Shown piece by piece: positions 1-8,850 of a stretch of 53,698 nt of DNA. The stretch lies in the sequence record SRR31156797_365; one strand, given 5' to 3'. Position numbers and translations under genes: made by a program. Each line of letters starts with the position of its first letter. Positions within the stretch are counted from its first letter, which is position 1. The notes under the pieces were generated by a model that worked only from the letters and a program-made list of their open reading frames with translations, was not told the DNA's origin and did not search any database.

Positions 1-81
1 CGAAGGACATTCCTGCGTCAAAACAAGGTTGACATGACACTAGGTTATTTTAGTGAACCTATTTACTCTAAGTGGTTATAC

Positions 82-89
82 CAAATGTA
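82..89 (-). promoter_or_regulatory. Candidate Bacteroidota sigma-A -7 element (TACATTTG) for a leftward transcript running off the window edge
   Basis: Exact TAnnTTTG match on the minus strand; the downstream gene lies outside the window. Confidence 0.3.
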
Positions 90-142
90 CATCCCCAGAT
101 AAAAAGCTTTTTCCTTACGAATTCAGAAGTACAAAAGTGAAT

Positions 143-793
143 ATGCAAAAAGAAGAAATTATAAAATCTGCTGAGGCGTTCGTTAAAAAGGAATTGAAAT
201 CAGCAGAAGGTGGCCACGACTGGTGGCATATTTACCGGGTTTGGAAAACCGCCAGCAGGATTGCACAGTCGGAGGATGTGGATTTATTTGTGGTAGAACT
301 GGCAGCATTGCTTCACGATATCGCAGACCCTAAATTCCATGGTGGCGATGAAGAAATCGGTCCAATGAAAGCCCAGGACTTTTTGAAAAATTCCGGTGTC
401 GATGCAAAAACGACTGATCACATCCTGGGCATCATCCGGAATATGTCGTTTAAAAACAGTCTTGGCCGCGTAGATTTTCGCTCAAAAGAAATGGAAGTGG
501 TGCAGGATGCCGATCGGCTGGATGCCATTGGTGCCATTGGTATTGCACGCGCATTTAACTACGGTGGTTTTAAAAATCGTCCACTTTACGATCCTGCCAT
601 CAAACCCAATTTGAACATGAGCAAGGAGGAATACAAAAAAGGCGACTCACCCACCATCAATCACTTTTACGAAAAACTGCTTTTGCTGAAAGATAAAATG
701 AACACGGAAACGGGCCGGCAGCTGGCCGAAGAACGACATCGATTTATGGAAGATTTTTTAGAAAGATTTTATAACGAGTGGGAAGGGGAGTAA
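143..793 (+). CDS. HD-domain phosphohydrolase (YedJ/YpgQ-like)
   Basis: Motifs GHDWWHIYRV, ALLHDIAD, VQDADRLDAIGAIGIARAF and HFYEKLL. ATG at 143 (MQKEE) is preferred to the GTG at 53. Confidence 0.9.
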   Translation: MQKEEIIKSAEAFVKKELKSAEGGHDWWHIYRVWKTASRIAQSEDVDLFVVELAALLHDIADPKFHGGDEEIGPMKAQDFLKNSGVDAKTTDHILGIIRNMSFKNSLGRVDFRSKEMEVVQDADRLDAIGAIGIARAFNYGGFKNRPLYDPAIKPNLNMSKEEYKKGDSPTINHFYEKLLLLKDKMNTETGRQLAEERHRFMEDFLERFYNEWEGE

Positions 794-882
794 GGAAGTT
801 ACCTGTTATTCAGCTATTGGGTTATAGATTGAACTTTTATGCAAACCAACTGTGTAATGTCTTATAAATTTTGCACAAGTAA

Positions 883-962
883 CTTCGTCCGCCTGCTTCG
901 CTCAAGTCGCTTCGTTCGCCTTTTCTCTTAAGTCGCTTAGTTCGCCTACTTCGCTAAAGTCG
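883..962. repeat. Degenerate tandem repeat, three copies of 26-27 bp (CTTmGTyCGCCT..TTC..TmAAGTCG)
   Basis: Units at 883-909, 910-935 and 936-962, with a partial fourth unit to about 973, between convergent genes. Confidence 0.75.
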
Positions 963-981
963 CCTCCTTCGCTTCTTCCCT

Positions 982-1707
982 CTACCCAATCTTCCCTCTT
1001 CTTGCCTTCTTCAATCCTTGCAGAAAAGGTTTATTCAGAAAGCTCTTTTCCTCCAACTGGCACAAGTTCTTGTACATCGGCGGATTTACGGTGAAGGCCA
1101 GAATTTCCGGCGGCAGGTATTTCCGCATGGCCAGGTCGGTGGCACCAATAATGGCTTGTGGATAGTCCATCGAATCGAATTGCGGCAACAGTTCCATACA
1201 TCCTGATCCAAATGGCGCTTTTACCGGTTCCGGATCTTCCGGAGAGGCAAAATAGTTGGCTGCCAGAACAAAAACACTCAATTGGTCAGCATTGATGAAA
1301 AAGGTTACTGATTTTATAAATTGATCAAACTGCGGATCATATGGTCCAAAAAAAACAGCATCATGTTTCGGTTCATAGCGTTGGGCATCATCAAACCACT
1401 TTTCCATCAATTCATGATTGGCTTTCAGGCCTTCGTCATCAGCCAGGAAATTGACGTAATCCTCCCGGCTTCTCACCTGATCGTTAAACAACCACATGCC
1501 ACAACCCCCGCAACCGTATTTGCCCTTCATAATCCGGAGTGTTTTTCCCTGCATCCAGTTTTTGTAGTGGGCAAAAAAACACAAATGTCCCGTGGGTTTT
1601 ATTTCAATGTGGTTTTCAAAAGGTGTTTCCGCTGGCGCATCATAAAATGCGATCATAGGTTTGGTGTAGTTGGAATGGTTAATCAGGTAAGAGGGGTAAT
1701 AGTTCAT
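982..1707 (-). CDS. DUF169 family protein
   Basis: CGGCG motif, VTFFINADQLS, APFGSGC and AIIGATDLAMRKYLP are typical of DUF169. Confidence 0.75.
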   Translation of the reverse strand: MNYYPSYLINHSNYTKPMIAFYDAPAETPFENHIEIKPTGHLCFFAHYKNWMQGKTLRIMKGKYGCGGCGMWLFNDQVRSREDYVNFLADDEGLKANHELMEKWFDDAQRYEPKHDAVFFGPYDPQFDQFIKSVTFFINADQLSVFVLAANYFASPEDPEPVKAPFGSGCMELLPQFDSMDYPQAIIGATDLAMRKYLPPEILAFTVNPPMYKNLCQLEEKSFLNKPFLQGLKKARRGKIG

Positions 1708-1798
1708 GTCAATTATTTTTTCAGATAATCATTCTGCCTCGAAAATAAGAAAACAAATGAAATGTTTAATTTTATGCCATTATCAAAAGGATCAAAGA

Positions 1799-2059
1799 AT
1801 GGAATTAAGTGATTTCTTGTTTTGGGATGTGGATAAAGAAAATATTGATTATCAGAAAAGTGCTCGTTTTGTTATTGAACGGGTAATTACCCTTGGACTA
1901 TTATCAGATTGGTTCGAGATAAAAAAATTCTACGGCCTGGAAAAAATAAAAAATGAAATCATGCAAATCAGATATCTTGATGATGTTACATTGAATTTTT
2001 GTTCCCAATTGTTTAATGAAAAAAAAGAATTATTCAGATGTTACACATTTCGGCAGTAA
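1799..2059 (+). CDS. DUF6922 family protein (putative partner/antitoxin of AbiEii-type nucleotidyltransferase)
   Basis: LFWDVD..IDY.K.ARFVIERVI..G..DW..I..FYG...FRCY pattern. ATG at 1799; AT-rich. Confidence 0.75.
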   Translation: MELSDFLFWDVDKENIDYQKSARFVIERVITLGLLSDWFEIKKFYGLEKIKNEIMQIRYLDDVTLNFCSQLFNEKKELFRCYTFRQ

Positions 2060-2274
2060 GGCCACCATCAACTTTGGATTTACTAAGACAATTTATGAAG
2101 AATGAGATGTTGGATTTATACAGTCAAAAGTATCCCAACACTTCTCATTTTATGGTGCTTAAAAGTTTGACTTATTTTGAAGATGCTGAAAATGAACCTG
2201 ATCCAATTGTTATTAAAAATGTTAGTTGGACGGAGGTCAAAAATACAGTTTCAAAAAAAGTAAATAGTTTTTAA
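2038..2274 (+). pseudogene. Internally deleted AbiEii/AbiGii-family nucleotidyltransferase remnant (78 aa)
   Basis: The N-terminus MLH..V.P.TLDLL and the C-terminus EML..Y..KYP...FMVLKSLTYFEDAE.EP.P......SW.EVK resemble the two ends of the ~200-aa AbiEii proteins that follow DUF6922. The GGTAL/DxD catalytic core is absent. Overlaps the 3' end of the DUF6922 gene. Confidence 0.65.
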
Positions 2275-2338
2275 AAATCCGGCGATTAAACAACCTGGGG
2301 TTTTCCACATTCTTAACAGACATATAAAGACTTAAATT

Positions 2339-3430
2339 ATGATGAAAAACTTTGTAACAATATTCATTTTAATTGCATTTTTTTTCCTCCTCCAAAAGCA
2401 AATCTTCCCGCAATCAACCGAGGATTTGCAAAACCAGATTGAGCAACTAAATCAGGATATCGAAAATATGGGGCATACCTTTGATGTGCTTCAGAAAAAA
2501 ATTGACGACCTGCTCTGGATGCAGAAACTTGAAGATGTGGCCTGGTTAGATAAGGTGTACATGTATGGCCCGCCCAAATGGAAGGAAGAAAACCCGACTG
2601 CCCAGGGAGCAGGAAATCCGTTAAAATTCTGGAGCTATATCATTATCCCGAAAAATGCTGATCCTGATCAAAAATATCCGTTGATTGTATTTCCGCACGG
2701 CGGCGTACACTCGGATTTTTCAACCTACTACACGCATATTGTCCGGGAACTGGTGGCGCAGGGATACATCATCGTGGCAGCTGAATACCGGGGCAGCACA
2801 GGATATGGAAAAAGCCATTACGAAAAAATCGACTATGGCGGACTGGAAGTGGAGGATGTGAAAGCCAGCCGGGATTATATGATCGAGAATTTTGATATGG
2901 TGGACAAAAACCGGATTGGCATCATCGGCTGGAGTCATGGTGGATTGATCGCCCTGATGAATATTTTTGATCACCCTAAAGATTACCAGGTGGCCTTTGC
3001 CGGTGTGCCGGTGAGCGACATTATCGCCCGCATGGGCTATAAAACCCAGGAATACCGGGATTTGTATTCGGCAGATTACCACATTGGTCAAACTGCTTAT
3101 GAAAATGTGGATGAATACCGCCGCCGCTCACCTGCCTGGAACGCCCACAAAATGCAGGATACACCCTTGCTCATCCACACCAATACCAACGATGCCGATG
3201 TGAATGTCCTGGAAGTGGAGCACCTGATCAAATCGCTGAAAGCCGAGAACAAAAAATTTGAATATGAGATATACCAGGAAGTTCCCGGGGGCCATTCTTT
3301 CGACAGGATGGATACCAAAATTGCCAACGAAATCAGGGTAAAGATTTATAAGTTCCTGGCTAAGGAATTGAATCCGCCATCACCAATCAAAGATGTGAAA
3401 ACGCTAAAAAAAGCTGCTTACAGGTTTTAA
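2339..3430 (+). CDS. Secreted S9 (prolyl oligopeptidase family) serine peptidase/hydrolase
   Basis: Signal peptide, N-terminal coiled coil, PHGG, EYRGSTGYG, nucleophile GWSHGG, D(ADV) and GGH. Confidence 0.85.
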   Translation: MMKNFVTIFILIAFFFLLQKQIFPQSTEDLQNQIEQLNQDIENMGHTFDVLQKKIDDLLWMQKLEDVAWLDKVYMYGPPKWKEENPTAQGAGNPLKFWSYIIIPKNADPDQKYPLIVFPHGGVHSDFSTYYTHIVRELVAQGYIIVAAEYRGSTGYGKSHYEKIDYGGLEVEDVKASRDYMIENFDMVDKNRIGIIGWSHGGLIALMNIFDHPKDYQVAFAGVPVSDIIARMGYKTQEYRDLYSADYHIGQTAYENVDEYRRRSPAWNAHKMQDTPLLIHTNTNDADVNVLEVEHLIKSLKAENKKFEYEIYQEVPGGHSFDRMDTKIANEIRVKIYKFLAKELNPPSPIKDVKTLKKAAYRF

Positions 3431-3487
3431 GGAATTTTTGTTGAAGTGGCAGGTAAGGTTGGTTTTGGGATAAGGACAACCTAAAGA

Positions 3488-3820
3488 TTATATGATTTCA
3501 AAACAATTGTGATCCGGATCTTGAATAAACATCTCGATATCATTAAAGTGTTTTACCAAAACATCTTTAATTTCCTCGGTTTTCAAATTCCCTAATCGAA
3601 TCCAAATCACCTTTGGAGGATGCCCTTCAATAAGTGTTAAATCATTGAAGTCTGAATCCTGGGTTACAATCAAAAAACCATGTTTTTTGGCATAATTCCA
3701 GATTTCGATATCTGGTGCATTTATCAACCCTTCTGATTTAATTGAAGTAGAACCAGTAAATTCTGCGGGTAAATGTCGTAAAATTCTGAACGAGATATTC
3801 TGGTCAAAAAGCAGTTTCAT
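3488..3820 (-). CDS. DUF5615 PIN-like toxin (VapC45-like)
   Basis: MKLLFDQNIS, D.EIW.YA, IVTQDSDF and PPKVIWIRLGN. ATGA overlap with the upstream DUF433 gene. Confidence 0.88.
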   Translation of the reverse strand: MKLLFDQNISFRILRHLPAEFTGSTSIKSEGLINAPDIEIWNYAKKHGFLIVTQDSDFNDLTLIEGHPPKVIWIRLGNLKTEEIKDVLVKHFNDIEMFIQDPDHNCFEII

Positions 3821-4041
3821 ACAGCCAGTTTAAAAGTGCGATTCTCCCGGTCAGCTGCAAAACTAAGCGCAGCATAAATATCCTCTTCTTTCAATTCTTC
3901 AAAATCTTCCAAAATATCTTTTACAGACATGCCGGATGCAAGCCATCCAAGAATATCTCCAACAGTTATGCGCATTCCACGGATGCAGGGTTTTCCACCC
4001 CTTTTCCCAGGTTCTATGGTTATAATGTTTTTGTAGTCCAT
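3817..4041 (-). CDS. DUF433 antitoxin (VapB45-like)
   Basis: ITIEPGKRGGKPCIRGMRITVGDILGWLASGMS..EDIYAALSFAA. Start reassigned to the ATG at 4041. Confidence 0.9.
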   Translation of the reverse strand: MDYKNIITIEPGKRGGKPCIRGMRITVGDILGWLASGMSVKDILEDFEELKEEDIYAALSFAADRENRTFKLAV

Positions 4042-4064
4042 GAAATAAATTTGAGTTGAACACT

Positions 4065-4072
4065 CAAAATTA
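4065..4072 (-). promoter_or_regulatory. -7 promoter element (TAATTTTG) for the DUF433/DUF5615 TA pair
   Basis: Exact TAnnTTTG match 24 nt upstream of the ATG at 4041. Confidence 0.55.
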
Positions 4073-4087
4073 GTAAAATCTCCACCA

Positions 4088-5152
4088 TTACAATACTCTA
4101 TCCTTAAAATGCTTTGAATCCCCCCATTCTCCATATGCGATCCTACAACCTGCATTTTCGATGGATTGCTTCAGCTTATCTAAGCTTACATCGGTTTCTT
4201 CGTGGATGTTGGGCTTGTTTTCGTAAAGCAAATATCCTTCACGGTATTTGAGTGGCGTGAGATTGGGCATGATCACATTGGCGCCAACGCGCAGGGCGAA
4301 TTCGCGCCCCTGCGGATGCAAAGTTTGCATGGCTGTGGTTGCTGCAATATTTATCGTTGGCATCATCATGCGAAGCAGCGCAACCATTTTCATGGAAAGT
4401 TCGAAACGCTCAGATTTGGGCAGCAATTGATCCCGATATTTAAACAGTGGTGTTGCTTCATGTTCAATATAAGGCCCCATCCCAACCATATCCACATCCA
4501 GGTTTTTGATGAAAATCAGATCATCGGCCAAATCTTCCAGTGTTTGAAAAGGCAGCCCGATCATAACACCTGTTCCTACCTGGTATCCGGTTTTTCTGAG
4601 TAGTTCAAGTGCTTCAATCCGCCGGTCGAAACTGTGCAGTTCGTCGTTGGGATGAATTTTTTGATAAAGATTTTTATTTGAAGTTTCAATGCGGACCAGG
4701 TACCGATGGGCGCCACACTCCCGCCACAGGTTGAAGGTTTCCTCAGTCTGCTCTCCCATAGATAGGGTGATGTGCAGTTCGTTGTTGGTGGCTTTATGGA
4801 TTTCCCCTAAAAGCTGAGCAACCTTGTTCACAAACCATGCATCACTCCGTTCCCCTGACTGTAAAACAAGTGAGCCAAATTGTTTTTCATGGGCAAGCCT
4901 TGCCGCCTCAATTACCTCGTGATCCTCAAGGGTATATCTGTCGATATTTTGGTTGTCTTTCCTGATTCCGCAATAGAAACAGTTTTTAGCACACCGGTTC
5001 GAATATTCCAACAGGCCACGATAGTAAACTTTGTTTCCAACAGATTTTAATTTCATCTGGCCTGCACGCTCATAAAAATCCAGCAACTCCCTGCCTTTAA
5101 GCAAAAGTATTTCTAGGATTTCAGCTCTGGAAATATGTGAAGAATCCGTCAT
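4088..5152 (-). CDS. hydE: [FeFe]-hydrogenase H-cluster radical SAM maturase HydE
   Basis: Radical SAM CAKNCFYC motif, LQSGE, GTGVMIGLP, DMVGMGPYI, GANVIMPN and Y.LYENKP. Lies 3 nt downstream of hydF. Confidence 0.88.
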   Translation of the reverse strand: MTDSSHISRAEILEILLLKGRELLDFYERAGQMKLKSVGNKVYYRGLLEYSNRCAKNCFYCGIRKDNQNIDRYTLEDHEVIEAARLAHEKQFGSLVLQSGERSDAWFVNKVAQLLGEIHKATNNELHITLSMGEQTEETFNLWRECGAHRYLVRIETSNKNLYQKIHPNDELHSFDRRIEALELLRKTGYQVGTGVMIGLPFQTLEDLADDLIFIKNLDVDMVGMGPYIEHEATPLFKYRDQLLPKSERFELSMKMVALLRMMMPTINIAATTAMQTLHPQGREFALRVGANVIMPNLTPLKYREGYLLYENKPNIHEETDVSLDKLKQSIENAGCRIAYGEWGDSKHFKDRVL

Positions 5153-5155
5153 GCT

Positions 5156-6379
5156 TTATAAGTAATCTGTTGATTTTGTCTGATTTTGCACGAAAGGAGC
5201 AACAGCCCGCTGGTAAATGCCATGAACATACGAAATGGCCATCCCATAATTGGTCACTGGAATCCCTGCATCAATGGCCGGCTTGAGGCGGTTGGAGATT
5301 TGTTTCCTGGTGATCATACATCCACCACACTGAATTACCATGGCGTATTCATCAATATCCGGCAGATCATCCAGTCCGGCAACCACATCAAATACAAGCT
5401 TTTTGCCGGAGAAGTTGCTGAGCCACCGGGGGATTTTCACCCGACCAATGTCATCGCAGGAAACGTGATGCGTGCAGGATTCCAGGATAAGAACTTTATC
5501 ACCATCCTGTAGGTTGGAAAGATGAGGTGTCCCTTTCACATAATTTTCAAAATCGCCCTTGTGCCTGGCCAGCATGATGCTGAAGCTGGTGAGTGGAATA
5601 TCTTTTGGAACAGATGCGTCCACCTTGGGAAAAACCTGGCTGTCGGTGACCACCAATGCCGGTTTGGGGTTCATTTTGCTCAGATAAAGATCAAGCTCTC
5701 GTTCTTTCAAAACCACAGCAATGGCGTCGTTATCCAGAATATCGCGGATGGCCTGAACCTGTGGAAGGATCATCCTGCCTTCAGGTGCTTCAATGTCTAT
5801 AGGTGTAACCAGTAATACCACATCGCCATAGGAGATCAGATCACCCAAAAGTGAGGAAGAGCGATAGGCAGATTCAGGAATGAGTTTTTGCATCAACCCG
5901 ACGACCTCGGTCAGGTTATCTGGCTGCAGGGCATTGAACTCAATAATTTCTTTTTGGCGGGCCGATAGTTGTTTGCGCAGAGCGGCGTTGAGCGGGTCAA
6001 CATCCTTTTTGTTGTGCATGATGAAAAAGGGCACATCAAATTTTTCAAAATCTGAAATCAGCTGTTCTTCAAATTCTCCAAAATGATTTTCAGCAATTAC
6101 CAGGATGGCCAGATCAATGGTCTTGAGTGCGCCCCGGGTTTTGGCAATGCGTTTTTTGCCTAATTCTCCGGTATCATCAATGCCTGCCGTATCCACCAGC
6201 ACACATGCCCCGATACCCGGAATCTCCATGGATTTCTTCACCGGATCGGTGGTGGTTCCGGCCACATCCGAAACAATGGCAATATCCTGTCCGGCCAGTG
6301 CATTGATCAGCGAACTTTTTCCATTGTTTCGTCTGCCAAAAATCCCAATATGTGGTTTTGATGCTTTTCCTTTAGACAT
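5156..6379 (-). CDS. hydF: [FeFe]-hydrogenase maturation GTPase HydF
   Basis: GRRNNGKSS P-loop, GTTTDPV, DTAG, NKKD, APEGRMILPQ, ESCTHH...DIG, CGGCM and TNYG. Confidence 0.95.
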   Translation of the reverse strand: MSKGKASKPHIGIFGRRNNGKSSLINALAGQDIAIVSDVAGTTTDPVKKSMEIPGIGACVLVDTAGIDDTGELGKKRIAKTRGALKTIDLAILVIAENHFGEFEEQLISDFEKFDVPFFIMHNKKDVDPLNAALRKQLSARQKEIIEFNALQPDNLTEVVGLMQKLIPESAYRSSSLLGDLISYGDVVLLVTPIDIEAPEGRMILPQVQAIRDILDNDAIAVVLKERELDLYLSKMNPKPALVVTDSQVFPKVDASVPKDIPLTSFSIMLARHKGDFENYVKGTPHLSNLQDGDKVLILESCTHHVSCDDIGRVKIPRWLSNFSGKKLVFDVVAGLDDLPDIDEYAMVIQCGGCMITRKQISNRLKPAIDAGIPVTNYGMAISYVHGIYQRAVAPFVQNQTKSTDYL

Positions 6380-6516
6380 GTTATCTTGTTCATTATTATC
6401 AACAACAATTTTTCATCCCGTCTAATTCTATTAAAATAAACGGAATTGCAAATGCATTGTTTCTGTCAGGATTAGTGGTGAACTATGTGCCAAAAATGAG
6501 TTTTTTAATTTGATCA

Positions 6517-6524
6517 CAAAGTTA
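6517..6524 (-). promoter_or_regulatory. -7 element (TAACTTTG) for hydF-hydE
   Basis: Exact TAnnTTTG match in the divergent intergenic region. Confidence 0.5.
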
Positions 6525-6618
6525 CGATTGAAGATTGATCACACTCCAAAATACTGGAAGTGAAAGAATTTGTTACTGGTATTTCATTAAAACGCAATCG
6601 GATTACCGGCAGATATTG

Positions 6619-6626
6619 TAGTTTTG
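6619..6626 (+). promoter_or_regulatory. -7 element (TAGTTTTG) for the ABC transporter operon
   Basis: Exact TAnnTTTG match. It overlaps the ORF-track start at 6624, which argues for a later start codon. Confidence 0.5.
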
Positions 6627-6665
6627 AATACATGTTTTTGTAAAACTGAATTAATACCGTCAATT

Positions 6666-7571
6666 TTGGAAACCCAGCAAACTCATCCGGAAATTATAAA
6701 AGTTGAATCCCTGGATAAATTTTATGGCAATACCATTGGCGTTAAAAGTGTTTCGTTTTCGGTGAACCGAGGCGAAATCTTTGGCTTTCTGGGGCCAAAT
6801 GGTGCAGGAAAGACTACCACCATCAGGTTATTGCTTGACCTTTTGAAACCCACTTCAGGACAAATTCAGATTTTTGGAAAAGATATCCGCACAGATTCAA
6901 AAGAAATCCGTTCGCGATGTGGATATTTACCTGGAGAATTCCAGGCATACAAGCACCTGACAGGCTACGAGTACTTGGCGCTTTTTTCCGGTTATCGTCA
7001 GGCACAATCCGTTGATGTGGAGCAACTCACCGATCGTTTCAGGTTGAAAAAAAGTGACATGAAACGGGAAATCAGCCAGTACTCAAAAGGAATGCTTCAA
7101 AAGCTGGGAATCGTTCAGGCGTTCATGCATAAACCCGAATTGATCATACTTGATGAGCCCACCTCCGGACTCGATCCATTGATGCAGGAAGAGTTTTATG
7201 CCTTGCTCGCTGAATATCACCAACAGGGAACCACATTCTTTTTGTCATCGCACAACCTGCCCGAAGTTGAAAAACTTTGCTCCAGGGTTTCTATTATCCG
7301 AAACGGAGAGATCATCAGCACCGAAACCATTAAAAACCTCCGCAAAAAAACCGGCCGTGTTATTTCTCTGGAACTTAAAAATATCACAACAGCTCCTGAA
7401 ATCACCGGGACAAAATTGTTATCTGCCGATGAAAACAGTTTTACCTACAAACTAACCGGGGATTATAACCTGGTGCTCGGTCAAATCGCGGAATTACCAA
7501 TTGTGGATGTTACCATCGAAAAACCTTCACTGGAAGCTGTGTTTATGGACTTCTATAAAACCCGCAGGTAA
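6666..7571 (+). CDS. ABC transporter ATP-binding protein (ABC-2/DrrA-like)
   Basis: Walker A GPNGAGKTT, signature YSKGM, Walker B ILDEPTSGLDP and SSH. The start is uncertain; TTG at 6666 was chosen. Confidence 0.9.
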   Translation: METQQTHPEIIKVESLDKFYGNTIGVKSVSFSVNRGEIFGFLGPNGAGKTTTIRLLLDLLKPTSGQIQIFGKDIRTDSKEIRSRCGYLPGEFQAYKHLTGYEYLALFSGYRQAQSVDVEQLTDRFRLKKSDMKREISQYSKGMLQKLGIVQAFMHKPELIILDEPTSGLDPLMQEEFYALLAEYHQQGTTFFLSSHNLPEVEKLCSRVSIIRNGEIISTETIKNLRKKTGRVISLELKNITTAPEITGTKLLSADENSFTYKLTGDYNLVLGQIAELPIVDVTIEKPSLEAVFMDFYKTRR

Positions 7572-8380
7572 TGAATATAGCAACCTATTTTAAACTGGTT
7601 TGGAAAACCAACAAGGGATTTATCATTTTCAGCATGATCGCGTTGGCGGCCATGCAAATACTGATTCTCAACCTGGTTGCCAGTTTCGATACTGATGCCA
7701 TGATCGAAACCATTTTTGCACAACTCCCAAAAAACATGCAGGTTTTTCTGGGCGAAACATTTTTTAGCACCCTCACACTGGACGGAGCTGCAGCATTTGG
7801 CTACAACCACCCCATGATTGTTGCATTGATCACTGTAAATGCCATTTCACTTCCGGTGAGACATATCTCAAGGGAGCTCGAGTCGGGATCGATGGAAATA
7901 TTGCTTTCGCACCCGGTAACCCGCCAAAAGTTTGTGATGATGCTTTGGATAACGGGTGTTTTTCTGCTCTTTTTACTAACCCTGGCAGCATTTGCCGGAT
8001 CATTAGCCGGTGTTTATTTGTTTCACGAATTAAACGCTGATATTATTGAAGGTATATCTGCTATCAGCATTAATATGTGGCAATATATGATGGTGATTTT
8101 TACTTTTACGATGATGATTGCCAGTTATAAAAAGGGTGGCGGTGGCCCGGGAAATATCAGCGCGATGGTGGTGTTTTTGTTTTACCTAATCTTTTTGATA
8201 GGGCAGCTATGGGATAAGATTGAATTTATGCTGCCATACAATATCTTCAATTATTATGAACCCCAAAAAATTATGCTCAACCAGGGCCACCTGGTTTTAG
8301 ATGTAATCGTATTGGGTTCTGTTACCATAATTTGTCTGGTTCTGTCTTTATCTTTTTTCAACCGGCGTGACATTCCTTAA
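7571..8380 (+). CDS. ABC-2 type permease
   Basis: About six hydrophobic segments, ISRELESGSMEILLSHPVTR and C-terminal F.RRDIP. TAATG coupling to the ATPase gene. Confidence 0.88.
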   Translation: MNIATYFKLVWKTNKGFIIFSMIALAAMQILILNLVASFDTDAMIETIFAQLPKNMQVFLGETFFSTLTLDGAAAFGYNHPMIVALITVNAISLPVRHISRELESGSMEILLSHPVTRQKFVMMLWITGVFLLFLLTLAAFAGSLAGVYLFHELNADIIEGISAISINMWQYMMVIFTFTMMIASYKKGGGGPGNISAMVVFLFYLIFLIGQLWDKIEFMLPYNIFNYYEPQKIMLNQGHLVLDVIVLGSVTIICLVLSLSFFNRRDIP

Positions 8381-8381
8381 A

Positions 8382-8813
8382 TTACTTGTTGGTTTTGCCC
8401 TCATACATTTTTGTGAAAATGGGATCAATCGGTTCCCAAAGTTCTATTTTATTGCCTTCGGGATCAAGAATGTGTACGAATTTTCCATACTCGTAGGTTT
8501 CAATTTTATCAAGTACCGGCACACCATTTTTCTTTAAATCATCAACAAGCGCTTCGAGGTTTTCAACCCTGTAATTGATCATAAATTCCTTATCGGATGG
8601 CTCAAAATACTCTGTGTCTTCAGGAAACGGACTCCATTGGAGATAGCCTTTTTCGCTGGGTTTATCTGATTTTCTGAATTCGAACAATGATCCATATTGA
8701 TTGGTAACAAGCCCCAGATTTTTGGCATACCATTCTATCATTTTTTCGGGCTGCTCACATTTAAAAAATATGCCACCAATCCCGGTTACTTTATTTTTAA
8801 GCTCTTCTCCCAT
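8382..8813 (-). CDS. VOC/glyoxalase family protein
   Basis: VTGIGGIFFK, FMINYRVENL and YGKF..I.DPEGNKIELWEP. Confidence 0.9.
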   Translation of the reverse strand: MGEELKNKVTGIGGIFFKCEQPEKMIEWYAKNLGLVTNQYGSLFEFRKSDKPSEKGYLQWSPFPEDTEYFEPSDKEFMINYRVENLEALVDDLKKNGVPVLDKIETYEYGKFVHILDPEGNKIELWEPIDPIFTKMYEGKTNK

Positions 8814-8850
8814 GGTATTTATTTTTATGTTTATAAGCTATTGTAATTAT

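Noticed and set aside
883-973. Possible CRISPR array
   Set aside because: The units abut with no unique spacers, the repeats are degenerate and there are no cas genes.
4042-4155. N-terminal extensions in the ORF track (also 53-142, 1706-1798, 6624-6665, 51936-51944)
   Set aside because: They overlap neighbouring genes or promoter motifs, or precede the point where family similarity or the signal peptide begins, so later starts were chosen.
4088-5152. Biotin synthase BioB or PylB (pyrrolysine) assignment
   Set aside because: It is adjacent to hydF, has HydE-type motifs, and no bio or pyl genes are nearby.
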